Positions 1 to 9,386 are shown, counted from the stretch's first letter. The stretch is DNA of 64,000 nt from Prochlorococcus sp. AG-679-M23 (GCA_003208875.1 QCUR01000006.1:32001-96000), one strand, 5' to 3'. The notes: generated from the sequence alone by a model not told the origin. A program made the numbers and translations.

Positions 1-336
1 TTCGCTTTAATTTCCAAAACTCCTGATAAATTATTCACTCATAAGAAACCTGTTGGCTATTTAAACAATAAGTTTATAAATAAAAGTTTAAGATATTGGT
101 CTGAAAATAAAAATTGTCATTTGTGGTTGGGCTGGGGCAACAAAGGGATCTTTCTAAATAGAAATTACAAAATTTCTAAAAAAATAAAAAATTTTTATTC
201 AATAAAAAAAGATTATTTTGTTAATCCTTTAGGTCCGCTTTTTATAAAAAAAACAAAAAAACAAAATCCTATACACCCTTTATATTGTCCTGATAATTCA
301 GTACTTCAATCAGAATCTTCATTAAATTTCTCGTAA
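1..336 (+). CDS. DUF1643-family protein, 5'-truncated by the window edge
   Basis: Frame is open from base 1 (FALISKTPDKL...PVGYLNN...WLGWGNKG...NPIHPLY). The FAL..P, (A/G)WG..G and HPLY motifs are typical of DUF1643. The ORF track shows only the part from 121. Confidence 0.7.
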   Translation, partial: FALISKTPDKLFTHKKPVGYLNNKFINKSLRYWSENKNCHLWLGWGNKGIFLNRNYKISKKIKNFYSIKKDYFVNPLGPLFIKKTKKQNPIHPLYCPDNSVLQSESSLNFS

Positions 337-401
337 TTTAATAAGAGCTAATGCTATTCTTTTAAAAATATGTTAACTTTTAGGAAAATATAAAATATGA
401 G

Positions 402-530
402 ATGAAAATCTCTAAACAATTACAAAAGCTAAAGAATTTAAATGTTAAAGCAGAAAACTGTTTAACAAGAGATGAGGCAAAAAAAATTATTAGTAAAGCA
501 ACCAAGGCACAAAGTAAAATAACTTTCTAA
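402..530 (+). CDS. Small basic hypothetical protein, 42 aa (MKISKQLQKLKNLNVKAENCLTRDEAKKIISKATKAQSKITF)
   Basis: ATG at 402 to TAA at 528-530, translated by hand. Helical-looking sequence filling the gap between two + strand genes. Below the ORF-track cutoff. Confidence 0.6.
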   Translation: MKISKQLQKLKNLNVKAENCLTRDEAKKIISKATKAQSKITF

Positions 531-625
531 ACATAATTTTCTAATTTTCATTTCTCTCAACTCCTATAATTGGAGTCCTTCCGAAAGATAAATAAAAGTT
601 TTATAAATTTTTCATAAACAATTAG

Positions 626-1357
626 ATGGCTTTAAATATTCTCAAGTTCAGAAAATCTAATGAAAGATTTAAATCAAATAGAGAATGGCTTGATTCAAAA
701 CACTCATTTTCTTTTGCAGAACACAGGGATCCAATCTGGGATAATTTTGGAAAAATTAGAGTAATTAATGAAGATATAATTTCTCCAAATTCAGGATTTA
801 ATACTCACTCTCATTCGAATATGGAGATAGTCACAATAGTTATAAAAGGAGAGATTACACATAGAGATTCATTAAATAATTTAGGAATAATTCATGAAGA
901 TGAAGTGCAGGTTATGTCTGCAGGAACAGGTATTACTCATAGTGAAAAAAATGAAAAAAATACAGATTGCAAATTATTTCAGATATGGATATATCCGGAT
1001 ATTCAAGATCTCACGCCTTCATATAATCAAATTTCGATTAAGAATACTTCTGGGAATAATTTGATTATTGATTCTTTAAAAAAAAACAAATGTCCGCTTT
1101 TTATAAATCAAGATATAACTATATGGCGATGTAAATATAACCTTTTAAACAAAAAATATTTACCTTCAGAAGTAGAAAAATTTAATTGGATTCAAATAAT
1201 AGAAGGTGATTTGTTAGTAAGAGATAAAAATAATAAATCAAGTAAAAAGCTTTCTTCTGGCGACGGTTTGGGATTTGAGATTTCTGATTTCAGCGATATA
1301 GATATTCAATCAGATAGCTACGTCGATATGCTTTTATTCTCTATGCCAAAACTATAA
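626..1357 (+). CDS. Pirin family cupin protein (YhhW-like)
   Basis: WLDSKHSFSF, FGKIRVINED, GFNTHSHSNMEIVT, HRDSL, QVMSAGTGITHSE and FQIWIYP pirin motifs. Confidence 0.92.
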   Translation: MALNILKFRKSNERFKSNREWLDSKHSFSFAEHRDPIWDNFGKIRVINEDIISPNSGFNTHSHSNMEIVTIVIKGEITHRDSLNNLGIIHEDEVQVMSAGTGITHSEKNEKNTDCKLFQIWIYPDIQDLTPSYNQISIKNTSGNNLIIDSLKKNKCPLFINQDITIWRCKYNLLNKKYLPSEVEKFNWIQIIEGDLLVRDKNNKSSKKLSSGDGLGFEISDFSDIDIQSDSYVDMLLFSMPKL

Positions 1358-1360
1358 TAT

Positions 1361-1675
1361 TTAGTCTAAAGAGTCTTTTTTGAATGCGTTTAGTGCTTGT
1401 AATGCCATATTTAGATGAACTTCCATAGCACCCAACGCAATTAAGGAATTAGAAGATTTATTTTTTAATAAGTTTTTATTTCGCTTAGAAATTGTCTTAA
1501 TAACATCTTTAGTTACGATCTCCCAATTATTTATTAATTCATCAAATTCTTGTTTTTCTAAGCTTTCAGTATTTTTTTTATCATCAGAGGCATTAAGATC
1601 TTTTTGTGCATTTAGCATCAAATAAGTTAATTTTTTATGGCTTATTGCTTGAGGTAAATTGTTAGATTCACTCAT
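1361..1675 (-). CDS. Hypothetical protein
   Basis: 104-aa ORF with ATG start and coding-like composition. No recognised motif. Confidence 0.7.
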   Translation of the reverse strand: MSESNNLPQAISHKKLTYLMLNAQKDLNASDDKKNTESLEKQEFDELINNWEIVTKDVIKTISKRNKNLLKNKSSNSLIALGAMEVHLNMALQALNAFKKDSLD

Positions 1676-1776
1676 GTTTCTTTCAAATTACTATTTAAAA
1701 TGTAACTAAATAAGAGGAAATTTGCTAGTAGTGGATTGGTTGTAATGACCGACCTGGTATTAGTCCAACTAAATTT

Positions 1777-3198
1777 TTAATGCCCGAAAAACTTTATATT
1801 GAATTTTTCATGGATTAATTTTTTAAAAATATCTCCTCTTTGTTCATAGTCTCTAAATTGATCAAAACTCGAACATGAAGGAGAAAATAATAAAGTTTCA
1901 GCTTGATTATTTTTTATATAAGAATAGGCGTAGTTGATCACTTCTGAAAGATCATTAAAAGTTAAAATATCATTCTTAAATCCTCCCTCAAGGATCAATT
2001 TTTTTAAGGTTTGCGAGCTTTCGCCAAAAAGAAATACAGCTTTTGCTTTTTTATTAATAATCTTTACCCACTCAATAGAATCGCCATTTTTTAACCTACC
2101 CCCAGAAATTATTATGGGGAAACCTTTAATTGCATTTATACCTGCTACGGAAGAGTCAAAATTGGTAGCCTTGCTATCATTAATTATTTCGAGTTCATCA
2201 TGTTGGAATATTGTCTCCATTCTATGGGGAAGTTGTTCATAGCTAAGTAAAGCATTCTCTATTCTTTCAGGGGATAATCCAATTTTCCTTGCAGCTGCTA
2301 CAGCTAATAATAGATTTTGAGTGTTATGATTACCTTTCAATTTAAAATTCTTTAAACTCAGTAATTTTTCCCTTCTTTCTACAATAAAGTGTTCATTATT
2401 TATCCAATAATCACAGTGATCTGAATCTGATTCTTTAGAATTAGTAGTTATCCATATTCCATTTAAAAGTGATTTGAAATTTTCTTTTAAATATTTATCG
2501 TCGTAATTATAAATTCTAAATTCTGATTGTTTTAGTAAGCTATTTTTTATCTTGAAATAATTATCAAGTGTTTTGTGACGGTCAAGATGGTCGGGAGTAA
2601 ATGTTGTCCAAATTCCAATTTTAGGTTTAATGCAATGTGTCGCTATTTCTATTTGAAAACTGCTTAATTCAGCGACTATCCAATCAATATTTTTGCTTTC
2701 TGTTGAGTAAGCAATTTCGCATAATGGAGTCCCAATATTGCCTGCAAATGGGGCTAATAAATTATTTTCTCTTAGTATATGACTTAATAAGTGAGTAACT
2801 GTGGTTTTCCCGTTAGTACCCGTAATCCCAATCCAATTTATATTCTTTAAACTTTCCCATGCGATATTTATTTCCCCTATTACAACGATTCCTCGTTCTT
2901 TAAGTTTGATTATTGTTTTATGGTCAAAGGGTATAGCTGGACTTACAACAATAGACTCAATTTGTTTAAGAAATGTAGAGAACTCATCAAATAAAAATTG
3001 TTTATTTAAACAAACAGATATATCGAGTTTTTCTAGTATCTCCTTTGTTTCTAAAAGTTCTTTATTTTCTTTACTTTCCCAGACAATAACTCTCTTTCCA
3101 ATACTTCTTAAATACTTTGCTGCCCAAAAACCAGATCTTCCTAACCCAATAACAAAATTTATTTTTTCTTCCTTTTTTGAATTATTTTTAATAGGCAT
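1777..3198 (-). CDS. murD: UDP-N-acetylmuramoyl-L-alanine--D-glutamate ligase
   Basis: [19 protein letters not shown]-loop, ELSSFQ, PDHLDRH, PHRME, NDSKATN and [10 protein letters not shown] motifs. Confidence 0.97.
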   Translation of the reverse strand: MPIKNNSKKEEKINFVIGLGRSGFWAAKYLRSIGKRVIVWESKENKELLETKEILEKLDISVCLNKQFLFDEFSTFLKQIESIVVSPAIPFDHKTIIKLKERGIVVIGEINIAWESLKNINWIGITGTNGKTTVTHLLSHILRENNLLAPFAGNIGTPLCEIAYSTESKNIDWIVAELSSFQIEIATHCIKPKIGIWTTFTPDHLDRHKTLDNYFKIKNSLLKQSEFRIYNYDDKYLKENFKSLLNGIWITTNSKESDSDHCDYWINNEHFIVERREKLLSLKNFKLKGNHNTQNLLLAVAAARKIGLSPERIENALLSYEQLPHRMETIFQHDELEIINDSKATNFDSSVAGINAIKGFPIIISGGRLKNGDSIEWVKIINKKAKAVFLFGESSQTLKKLILEGGFKNDILTFNDLSEVINYAYSYIKNNQAETLLFSPSCSSFDQFRDYEQRGDIFKKLIHEKFNIKFFGH

Positions 3199-3232
3199 TA
3201 AATTTATAATTAAATTGAAGACTAGAAATTAA

Positions 3233-3496
3233 ATGGTCTATTTAATTATGAAAAATTCTTTAAAAACTAATCTAATTTCTAAATTAAAATTAATAAACGT
3301 CTTTTTAATTATTTTTGGATTTAATTTAATAGATATTGAATTGAAAGCTCATCTTAGAGGTTCTTATTCAACTGAAAGTGAAGCCAAAGAAAAAGCTAAA
3401 GACCTTGGTTGCTCTGGAACATTTAAAATAAAAGAAATGTGGATGGCTTGTGAAAGTGAAAAAGATCTTCACAAATACCTTAGAAAAAACAAATAA
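3233..3496 (+). CDS. Small exported DUF3721-like protein
   Basis: Hydrophobic N-terminal segment followed by Y.TE.EA...A..LGCSG......WMAC pattern. Confidence 0.7.
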   Translation: MVYLIMKNSLKTNLISKLKLINVFLIIFGFNLIDIELKAHLRGSYSTESEAKEKAKDLGCSGTFKIKEMWMACESEKDLHKYLRKNK

Positions 3497-3765
3497 TGTT
3501 TAAAACTAAAACAAGAAAACTTCACAGAAGTATTACTCTAATAGCAGTAATTCCATTATTAATAACCGTTCTTAGTGGAAGCTTATATTCTTTATTTCAA
3601 TATTTTGGATTGGATTTCTTTTGGCTTATGAAAATTCATACTGGAAATTTTTTCTTTATAAATCTACAACCTCTTTTTACACCTGTTGTAGGTTTATTAA
3701 CAATATTTGCAATAATTTCTGGTTTATTTTTATTTCCTAGATCTAAAATTAAATACCCAGATTAA
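3496..3765 (+). CDS. Small membrane protein, PepSY-associated TM-helix type
   Basis: RKLHR followed by a TM helix, then WLMKIHTG and a second TM helix. Start overlaps the previous stop (TAATG). Confidence 0.7.
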   Translation: MFKTKTRKLHRSITLIAVIPLLITVLSGSLYSLFQYFGLDFFWLMKIHTGNFFFINLQPLFTPVVGLLTIFAIISGLFLFPRSKIKYPD

Positions 3766-3769
3766 TTAA

Positions 3770-4036
3770 ATGAAAGAAAATATTACTGAATTATGGTTTT
3801 CTTGGTTCTATAAAAATTGGGAGAAAAATGCTCCGGGTAATTTGATTGATAAGGGCTTATCTCCATCACAAATTGCAGAGAGATTTGTAAATGAAAATCA
3901 TAAAGAATTTTTGAAAATAGCCAATAAATTTGATGAAGATAATTATCAGGCTTTAAATGAATTTATGAAACTTTCAGAAAGTGAATTGCATATTCTAAAA
4001 TATTTTTTGAAGTTAATAAAACTAAAAAACTTATAA
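3770..4036 (+). CDS. Hypothetical protein
   Basis: 88-aa ORF starting 4 nt after the previous stop. Confidence 0.65.
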   Translation: MKENITELWFSWFYKNWEKNAPGNLIDKGLSPSQIAERFVNENHKEFLKIANKFDEDNYQALNEFMKLSESELHILKYFLKLIKLKNL

Positions 4037-4960
4037 AAAACTACAAAGTATTTCCATACTCTTATCCCATAGATTTTTTCTTTCTTTCTTATTTAGAGCA
4101 AATGGAGAAGTTGGAGATAATTTTGGATGACCTCTAAAATTGAATTTAGGTCCGTAATGGTCTCCTCCCTTTGCTTCAGGAGAAGTAGCAGCAAGTAATT
4201 GAGGTAAAGCGCCCATCTCTGCCGATTGAAAAATTGGACCAAATAGTTCTAAGGAGAAAGTTTCAATTGGACTTGGTTTCGGTTTCTGTGCAGAAAAAAG
4301 ATTTGTTTTTGCAATACCTGGATGAGCCGCCAAGGATAAAATATTTTTTTGCTCTAGTTTTTCATTTAACTCTAAAGCAAACATTACGTTAGCTAATTTA
4401 CTGTTAGCGTATGATTCCCACTTGTTATAGTAATTTTCTGCTTTAAGATTATTCCACCCAACTTTTCCAAAGAACTGAGCCCCTGAAGTTACTGTTACTA
4501 TTCTAGATTTTTCTTTCTTTTCGATTAAAGGAAGGAATTTTAGTGTTAAAAGCATATGTGCTAAATGATTGACCGCAAATTGAATTTCAAAACCCTGTTT
4601 ACTTAATGTTTTTGGCGGATGCATTATACCTGCATTGTTAATTAGCAAATCTAAGTTCTCAAACTCACTTGATATTTTTAATCCAATTTCACTTACATTA
4701 TTTAAATCTGATAGATCTAGTTCTATAGGAGTAAACTTACCTTTAGGATTTAGCGACTTTAATTTATCTATAGCCGAATTAGCCTTTTCTAAACTTCTGC
4801 AAGCAAGTAAAACATGTGCATTTTTTTCTGCTAGAGCTTTAGCGGTGTAATATCCAAGACCACTGTTTGCTCCAGTAATAAAAGCTGTTTTCCCATCTAA
4901 ATTGGGAATATCTGATATGGTCCAATTAGAATTTTTATTCCTGGAAATAGTGGCAGTCAT
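4031..4960 (-). CDS. Short-chain dehydrogenase/reductase (retinol-DH/POR-like)
   Basis: TGANSGLG, LINNAG, FAVNHLAH, catalytic YANSK and AAHPG motifs. Confidence 0.92.
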   Translation of the reverse strand: MTATISRNKNSNWTISDIPNLDGKTAFITGANSGLGYYTAKALAEKNAHVLLACRSLEKANSAIDKLKSLNPKGKFTPIELDLSDLNNVSEIGLKISSEFENLDLLINNAGIMHPPKTLSKQGFEIQFAVNHLAHMLLTLKFLPLIEKKEKSRIVTVTSGAQFFGKVGWNNLKAENYYNKWESYANSKLANVMFALELNEKLEQKNILSLAAHPGIAKTNLFSAQKPKPSPIETFSLELFGPIFQSAEMGALPQLLAATSPEAKGGDHYGPKFNFRGHPKLSPTSPFALNKKERKNLWDKSMEILCSFL

Positions 4961-5145
4961 TTTCTAATTCTTCTAAGAGATATTGAAACTTAATTAAAAA
5001 TCAAGTTTGCTGAATATTTTTTATCGTAAATACATATGGTAAGGATCGTGAGTAGTTAAATGATTATTCGTTTTGTAATTTAATTAAAAAATTTCATTAA
5101 TTAAAAAATTACAATTTAAAAAAAAATTTTTTAGCATATTCAAAA

Positions 5146-6282
5146 ATGCCATTACTTTTAGATGCTCAGGAAAAGTGGGATGATTTTTTAGAGAACAAAA
5201 TCACAAACTACGAAAAACTTCGTAATTTTGATTATGGCCCAACTAATAAAAGCTCCGTTTCAAAATTATCACCTTATATATCCCATAGGGTTTTATTGGA
5301 ATATGAATTGCTTAAAGAGGTTAAAAAGAAATATCATTCTCAAAAGATTAATAAATTTGTTGAGGAGATTTATTGGAGAATTTATTGGCAAGGATGGATG
5401 GAAAATAGACCAAAGGTTTGGTGTAATTTTATTTCAGAAAACAATTATGAATATGATATTGCAACCTATGAAAAGGCAATAAATGGAAACTCAGAATTAG
5501 GTTTTTTCAATTCATGGGTTAATGAGTTAAAAACTTATAACTACTTACACAATCATACTCGTATGTGGTTTGCTAGTACTTGGATTTTTAATTTAGGTCT
5601 GCCATGGCAATTAGGCGCAAGTTTTTTCTTTAAACATCTTTATGATGGGGATGCTGCCTCGAATCTTTTGAGTTGGAGATGGGTTGCAGGATTACAAACA
5701 AAAGGAAAGCAATATCGTTTTTCACCAGCAAATCTAAGAAAATTTTCAAATAATAGATTCAATGTTGAAAAGATTAGTAATAGGCAAATCTTTCTTGAAG
5801 AAAAAAATCAAATCCCATTTGATGATGAGATTTATAAAAGCAATATGGAACCAAAGTCAGAAACCCTTATATTATTTGAAAACGATTTACATGTTTCAAC
5901 TCTTGAAAATACCTTACGAAATTACAAGAGCGTTTTTGTTATCCTACTAAGTAATGATCAAAGAAAAATAAAATTATCTGAAGCAGTTCTGAGTTTCAAA
6001 CAACTCATAGTACTTGAATTCATAAAGCAATTTAATAATGTTACTCAGATTGATCCCTTAAAACTAAAAGAGACGTTGGTTGATATTGATCAGTTAGATA
6101 TGATTTATCCTGGTGTTGGTGAAAATAACGACTTTATAAATAGTTTTAAGAAGTTAAATAATAAGGTGATTTTTAATTTAGTAAGAGATCAAGACTTATT
6201 TGCTTGGAAGTTTGCCAAAAAAGGGTTCTTTAAATTCAAAGAAAATATACCCAAAATTAATCAATATGTTTTTCAAAATTAG
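5146..6282 (+). CDS. DNA photolyase-family FAD-binding protein with the FAD domain at the N-terminus
   Basis: VSKLSPYI, EEIYWRIYWQGW, NYLHNHTRMWFASTW, LPWQLGA and LYDGDAASNLLSWRWVAG motifs. 378 aa. Confidence 0.88.
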   Translation: MPLLLDAQEKWDDFLENKITNYEKLRNFDYGPTNKSSVSKLSPYISHRVLLEYELLKEVKKKYHSQKINKFVEEIYWRIYWQGWMENRPKVWCNFISENNYEYDIATYEKAINGNSELGFFNSWVNELKTYNYLHNHTRMWFASTWIFNLGLPWQLGASFFFKHLYDGDAASNLLSWRWVAGLQTKGKQYRFSPANLRKFSNNRFNVEKISNRQIFLEEKNQIPFDDEIYKSNMEPKSETLILFENDLHVSTLENTLRNYKSVFVILLSNDQRKIKLSEAVLSFKQLIVLEFIKQFNNVTQIDPLKLKETLVDIDQLDMIYPGVGENNDFINSFKKLNNKVIFNLVRDQDLFAWKFAKKGFFKFKENIPKINQYVFQN

Positions 6283-6347
6283 TAATGGAAATTTTTGAAA
6301 GATGATAGCTTTTTAAAAAGCAAAAAATTTTGAAATACGCATAAAAC

Positions 6348-6363
6348 TAAGTATAAATACTTA
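6348..6363. promoter_or_regulatory. Palindrome TAAGTAT-AA-ATACTTA upstream of the DoxX gene; candidate operator
   Basis: Perfect 7-2-7 inverted repeat ~78 bp before the start codon. Confidence 0.4.
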
Positions 6364-6440
6364 ATTAAAGATCAGTTTTATGGTTTAATCCACGATGAAT
6401 AATATGGCTAGTTATTTTTACTTAAGAAATACATCTTATA

Positions 6441-7001
6441 GTGCTTTCAACAATTCTTACAAAATCATTCAGCAAAGATACAGCTTTATTAATCCTAAGA
6501 GTAATTACTGGTACAGTTTTAATACATCATGGATTTGAAAAGCTAGCTAATATAGAGAATTTTGCTGATGCTTTTGTCAGACCACTACACTTACCTTTCC
6601 CAATATTTTTATCATATGTAGCTGCATTTTCAGAAATTGGTGGAAGCTGGTTATTAATACTTGGTTTAGCTACAAGATTTGGTGCGTTAGCAATAGTTGG
6701 TACTATATCGGTTGCTATATATCATGCTCTAGTAACATCGGGTTTTAATATTTTCTTGTTAGAACTTTTACTACTTTATTTCGCTTCAGCTACCTCAATA
6801 GCCTTAACAGGTCCTGGAGATTTTTCAATTGATGAAGTAATTATAAGAGTATTGAGATCTGAATCTGATGATGAAGATATTCAAGAAACAATAAAAACTA
6901 AAACTAATTCTGGTAAATCAATCAGTCAAGAGGAATCAACCAACAAAGGTGGTATTTTCCAATTCCTACAAGCAAACTTACTATCAGATACTTCAAATTA
7001 A
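6441..7001 (+). CDS. DoxX family membrane protein
   Basis: LILRVITG...HHGFEKL, EIGGSWLLILGLATRFGA and GPGDFSID motifs. GTG start. Confidence 0.9.
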   Translation: MLSTILTKSFSKDTALLILRVITGTVLIHHGFEKLANIENFADAFVRPLHLPFPIFLSYVAAFSEIGGSWLLILGLATRFGALAIVGTISVAIYHALVTSGFNIFLLELLLLYFASATSIALTGPGDFSIDEVIIRVLRSESDDEDIQETIKTKTNSGKSISQEESTNKGGIFQFLQANLLSDTSN

Positions 7002-7165
7002 ATTTTTGGATAAAGACTATCAATAAATTCCTGTTTTTTTTGTAAAGAATTTATTTTTTCAAATTTAATTTTTAAAGTCGCTTCAGATAAACTTAAGAAA
7101 AGTCCTAAAGCCGTTACCCAAGATAAAAAGATTAGAGGATTTTCTGGAATTTCTGAGAAATTCAT
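6998..7165 (-). CDS. Small hypothetical membrane protein (55 aa from ATG 7165)
   Basis: MNFSEIPENPLIFLSWVTALGLFLSLSE..., with one hydrophobic segment. Confidence 0.5.
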   Translation of the reverse strand: MNFSEIPENPLIFLSWVTALGLFLSLSEATLKIKFEKINSLQKKQEFIDSLYPKI

Positions 7166-7240
7166 ATGTTTAATATTTCTTTTATAAAACTGACCGATCA
7201 ATTTAATTTTTTCAACCTAAGTAAACAATTTAGAAATATT

Positions 7241-7792
7241 TTATGGATTTATTTCCATTTCTACCCAATTATTTTCCTTATGCCAGACATACCTCTTGTG
7301 GATAGGCGTTACTAATTTAAGGAGATCTACAGAATATATTTCAAATTCTAATACAACAAAACTTTCTGGTTTTTTTAAATCACTAGAATTTATTTGAGAA
7401 GTGCAAATATTTTTATTAATCTGTTTTCCTGGATGTTGCCAAAACCAAGTTGATTTGGATCTATCTGATAAAGAATCCCAATATTTTATATTTTCCTTTA
7501 ACTCCCTCATTTTTCCTTTAAATCGGAATTGTGATTTACTTTTATAAAAAAGCCATAAAACTTCTGCGTTGGGATTCAATTTTAATTGAGCAACTTTTTC
7601 GCTGCGACTATCAGTAAAAACAAGGATTGAACTTTCAGTTTGCCATCCTCTAAAAACTACCGTACGTAATCTAGGTTCGTTATTCCCGTTAATAGTACAA
7701 AGCTGAAACCACCTACTTGAGGGTAATTTACCTTCTTTTTTTCTTGCAGCCTTTAACTCCTGCCTCCATATTGGAATTTTAATTTCCTTCAT
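7241..7792 (-). CDS. Pyridoxamine 5'-phosphate oxidase-like FMN-binding protein
   Basis: PRLRTVVFRG, FTDSRSEKVAQL, QFRFKG and VDLLKL motifs. Probable start is ATG 7792. Confidence 0.88.
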   Translation of the reverse strand: MKEIKIPIWRQELKAARKKEGKLPSSRWFQLCTINGNNEPRLRTVVFRGWQTESSILVFTDSRSEKVAQLKLNPNAEVLWLFYKSKSQFRFKGKMRELKENIKYWDSLSDRSKSTWFWQHPGKQINKNICTSQINSSDLKKPESFVVLEFEIYSVDLLKLVTPIHKRYVWHKENNWVEMEINP

Positions 7793-8402
7793 TAAATTTG
7801 GGTAAAAGTAAACCACTTATTCGCTTATATTCAGCAAATGAAGCATATTTTGTAAGTGACTTGTCCTTTTTTAGCATTCTTGGTAGAAAGACTCCAAAGA
7901 AAAATAAAGCAAGAATAGCAAAAGGTATAAAACTCACAGAAAGGATGGCAAATGATAAATAAATTAGTATTTCACCGAGGTAATTTGTATTTCTTATATT
8001 TTTGAAAAACCCATAATTAATAAGTTCTTTTTTGATTTTAAGAGTGAAATATTTTTGAGCATCACTTGCAAAATGAAGAAAAACACCAATTATATTTATT
8101 GAAATAGAAGTTGCAATTATGGGATATGAAACTGATTTTTGGGAGGAAATGAGAATAAATGGGGCTATCCAGTAACTACCAAGAAAAATAAACCCGGTAA
8201 TTGAAGTGATTAGATTTATTTTTTCTTTAAAATATGGATCTGGAAATATTTTTTCTTTTAACAACCAAAGTATTCCATAAGTTCCATGCAAAGATAAATA
8301 AACCCATGCAGCAATTGAATAATTTTTATAAAACATCATTAACCCTGCTACAACAAACACAGTTAAACCTTTATGTAAGTTAATTATTTGATTGAGTTTC
8401 AT
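7779..8402 (-). CDS. Membrane protein of the DUF1295 / steroid 5-alpha-reductase / ICMT-like superfamily
   Basis: Multiple TM segments and a DAQKY...GFFKNIRNTNYLGE motif. Confidence 0.75.
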   Translation of the reverse strand: MKLNQIINLHKGLTVFVVAGLMMFYKNYSIAAWVYLSLHGTYGILWLLKEKIFPDPYFKEKINLITSITGFIFLGSYWIAPFILISSQKSVSYPIIATSISINIIGVFLHFASDAQKYFTLKIKKELINYGFFKNIRNTNYLGEILIYLSFAILSVSFIPFAILALFFFGVFLPRMLKKDKSLTKYASFAEYKRISGLLLPKFNEGN

Positions 8403-8467
8403 TTTCTAATTAATCTAAAAAACGAAAGTATTATTTGTGGATCTTCTTGCATTCATCAATAATCTAA

Positions 8468-8539
8468 TGGGCGATACTGGATTCGAACCAGTGACCACTA
8501 CCTTGTCGAGGTAATGCTCTACCGCTGAGCTAATCGCCC
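8468..8539 (-). tRNA. tRNA-Val(GAC)
   Basis: Minus strand GGGCGATTAGCTCAGCGGTAGAGCATTACCTCGACAAGGTAGTGGTCACTGGTTCGAATCCAGTATCGCCCA folds as a cloverleaf with anticodon GAC. Confidence 0.95.
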
Positions 8540-8594
8540 TTTTTAAAAAGTCAAATATTTTGACTCCCCTATATGAAAATAGCAGCTCAAGGAT

Positions 8595-9386
8595 TCATTT
8601 TCTAAGTAACTTAATTTTCCATCTTTCTCTTTTGGTTATTTCTAAATCTAGAATTTCAATAAACCCTTTATTATCAAGTTGAAGTTTGTCGCCAACTTTT
8701 AAACTAATAGTACCTTTTTTTACTGTCTTACCATTTAATTTGAGCATTCCACTTTCTATCCTTTCCAAAATTTTGTTCCTAGAGATTCGGAAACCTGCAG
8801 AAGCTATTGCATCGATCCTTGTTGAAGCCTCTACCGTATTAATTATTTTTTTTAATCTCCCAACAGGTATTTGTAATTCATCTAAACATACTATTTTTAT
8901 TTTTACTTTTACATCTCTTAGGGAGAAAATCTTTTCATCTAAGAATTCAATTTTTGAATCGTCGATTATTCCTTGAGCGCCTCTATCTCCTATGGTCCAA
9001 ATATCACCAATTCTTTCTTCCCTCAATCCATTATCCACTAATAAAGATCTAAAATCATCCTGAGTTGCGTTGTCAAATAAAAAATTACCATTCATTTGAA
9101 TACCTTTCGCAGGGAAATCTTTAATTAGTTCATTTTTCTCAGGGGTATTATCTTCTCTAAAACATGCAATCTTGGATCTTTGGGCTGAATTATATCCTCC
9201 AAAAACAAAAAATTTAAAATCATTTAAATTTTCAAATTCTTTCAAGATTTCTTCACACACAAATGTTGAATTAAACCCAGTCCAATATGTTTGCCATTGT
9301 TTTAAAGATAAATTAGAAATATTTATTAATTCCTCAATTTCTTTTTTGTAATTTGAATTTATTAATAATTCCTTCAAGTCAATCAT
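8595..9386 (-). CDS. Photosystem II S4 domain protein (YlmH/Sll1252 family)
   Basis: GGYNSAQR, GNFLFD and IGDIW motifs, plus a C-terminal S4 domain (EASTRIDAIASAGFRISR). Confidence 0.88.
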   Translation of the reverse strand: MIDLKELLINSNYKKEIEELINISNLSLKQWQTYWTGFNSTFVCEEILKEFENLNDFKFFVFGGYNSAQRSKIACFREDNTPEKNELIKDFPAKGIQMNGNFLFDNATQDDFRSLLVDNGLREERIGDIWTIGDRGAQGIIDDSKIEFLDEKIFSLRDVKVKIKIVCLDELQIPVGRLKKIINTVEASTRIDAIASAGFRISRNKILERIESGMLKLNGKTVKKGTISLKVGDKLQLDNKGFIEILDLEITKRERWKIKLLRK

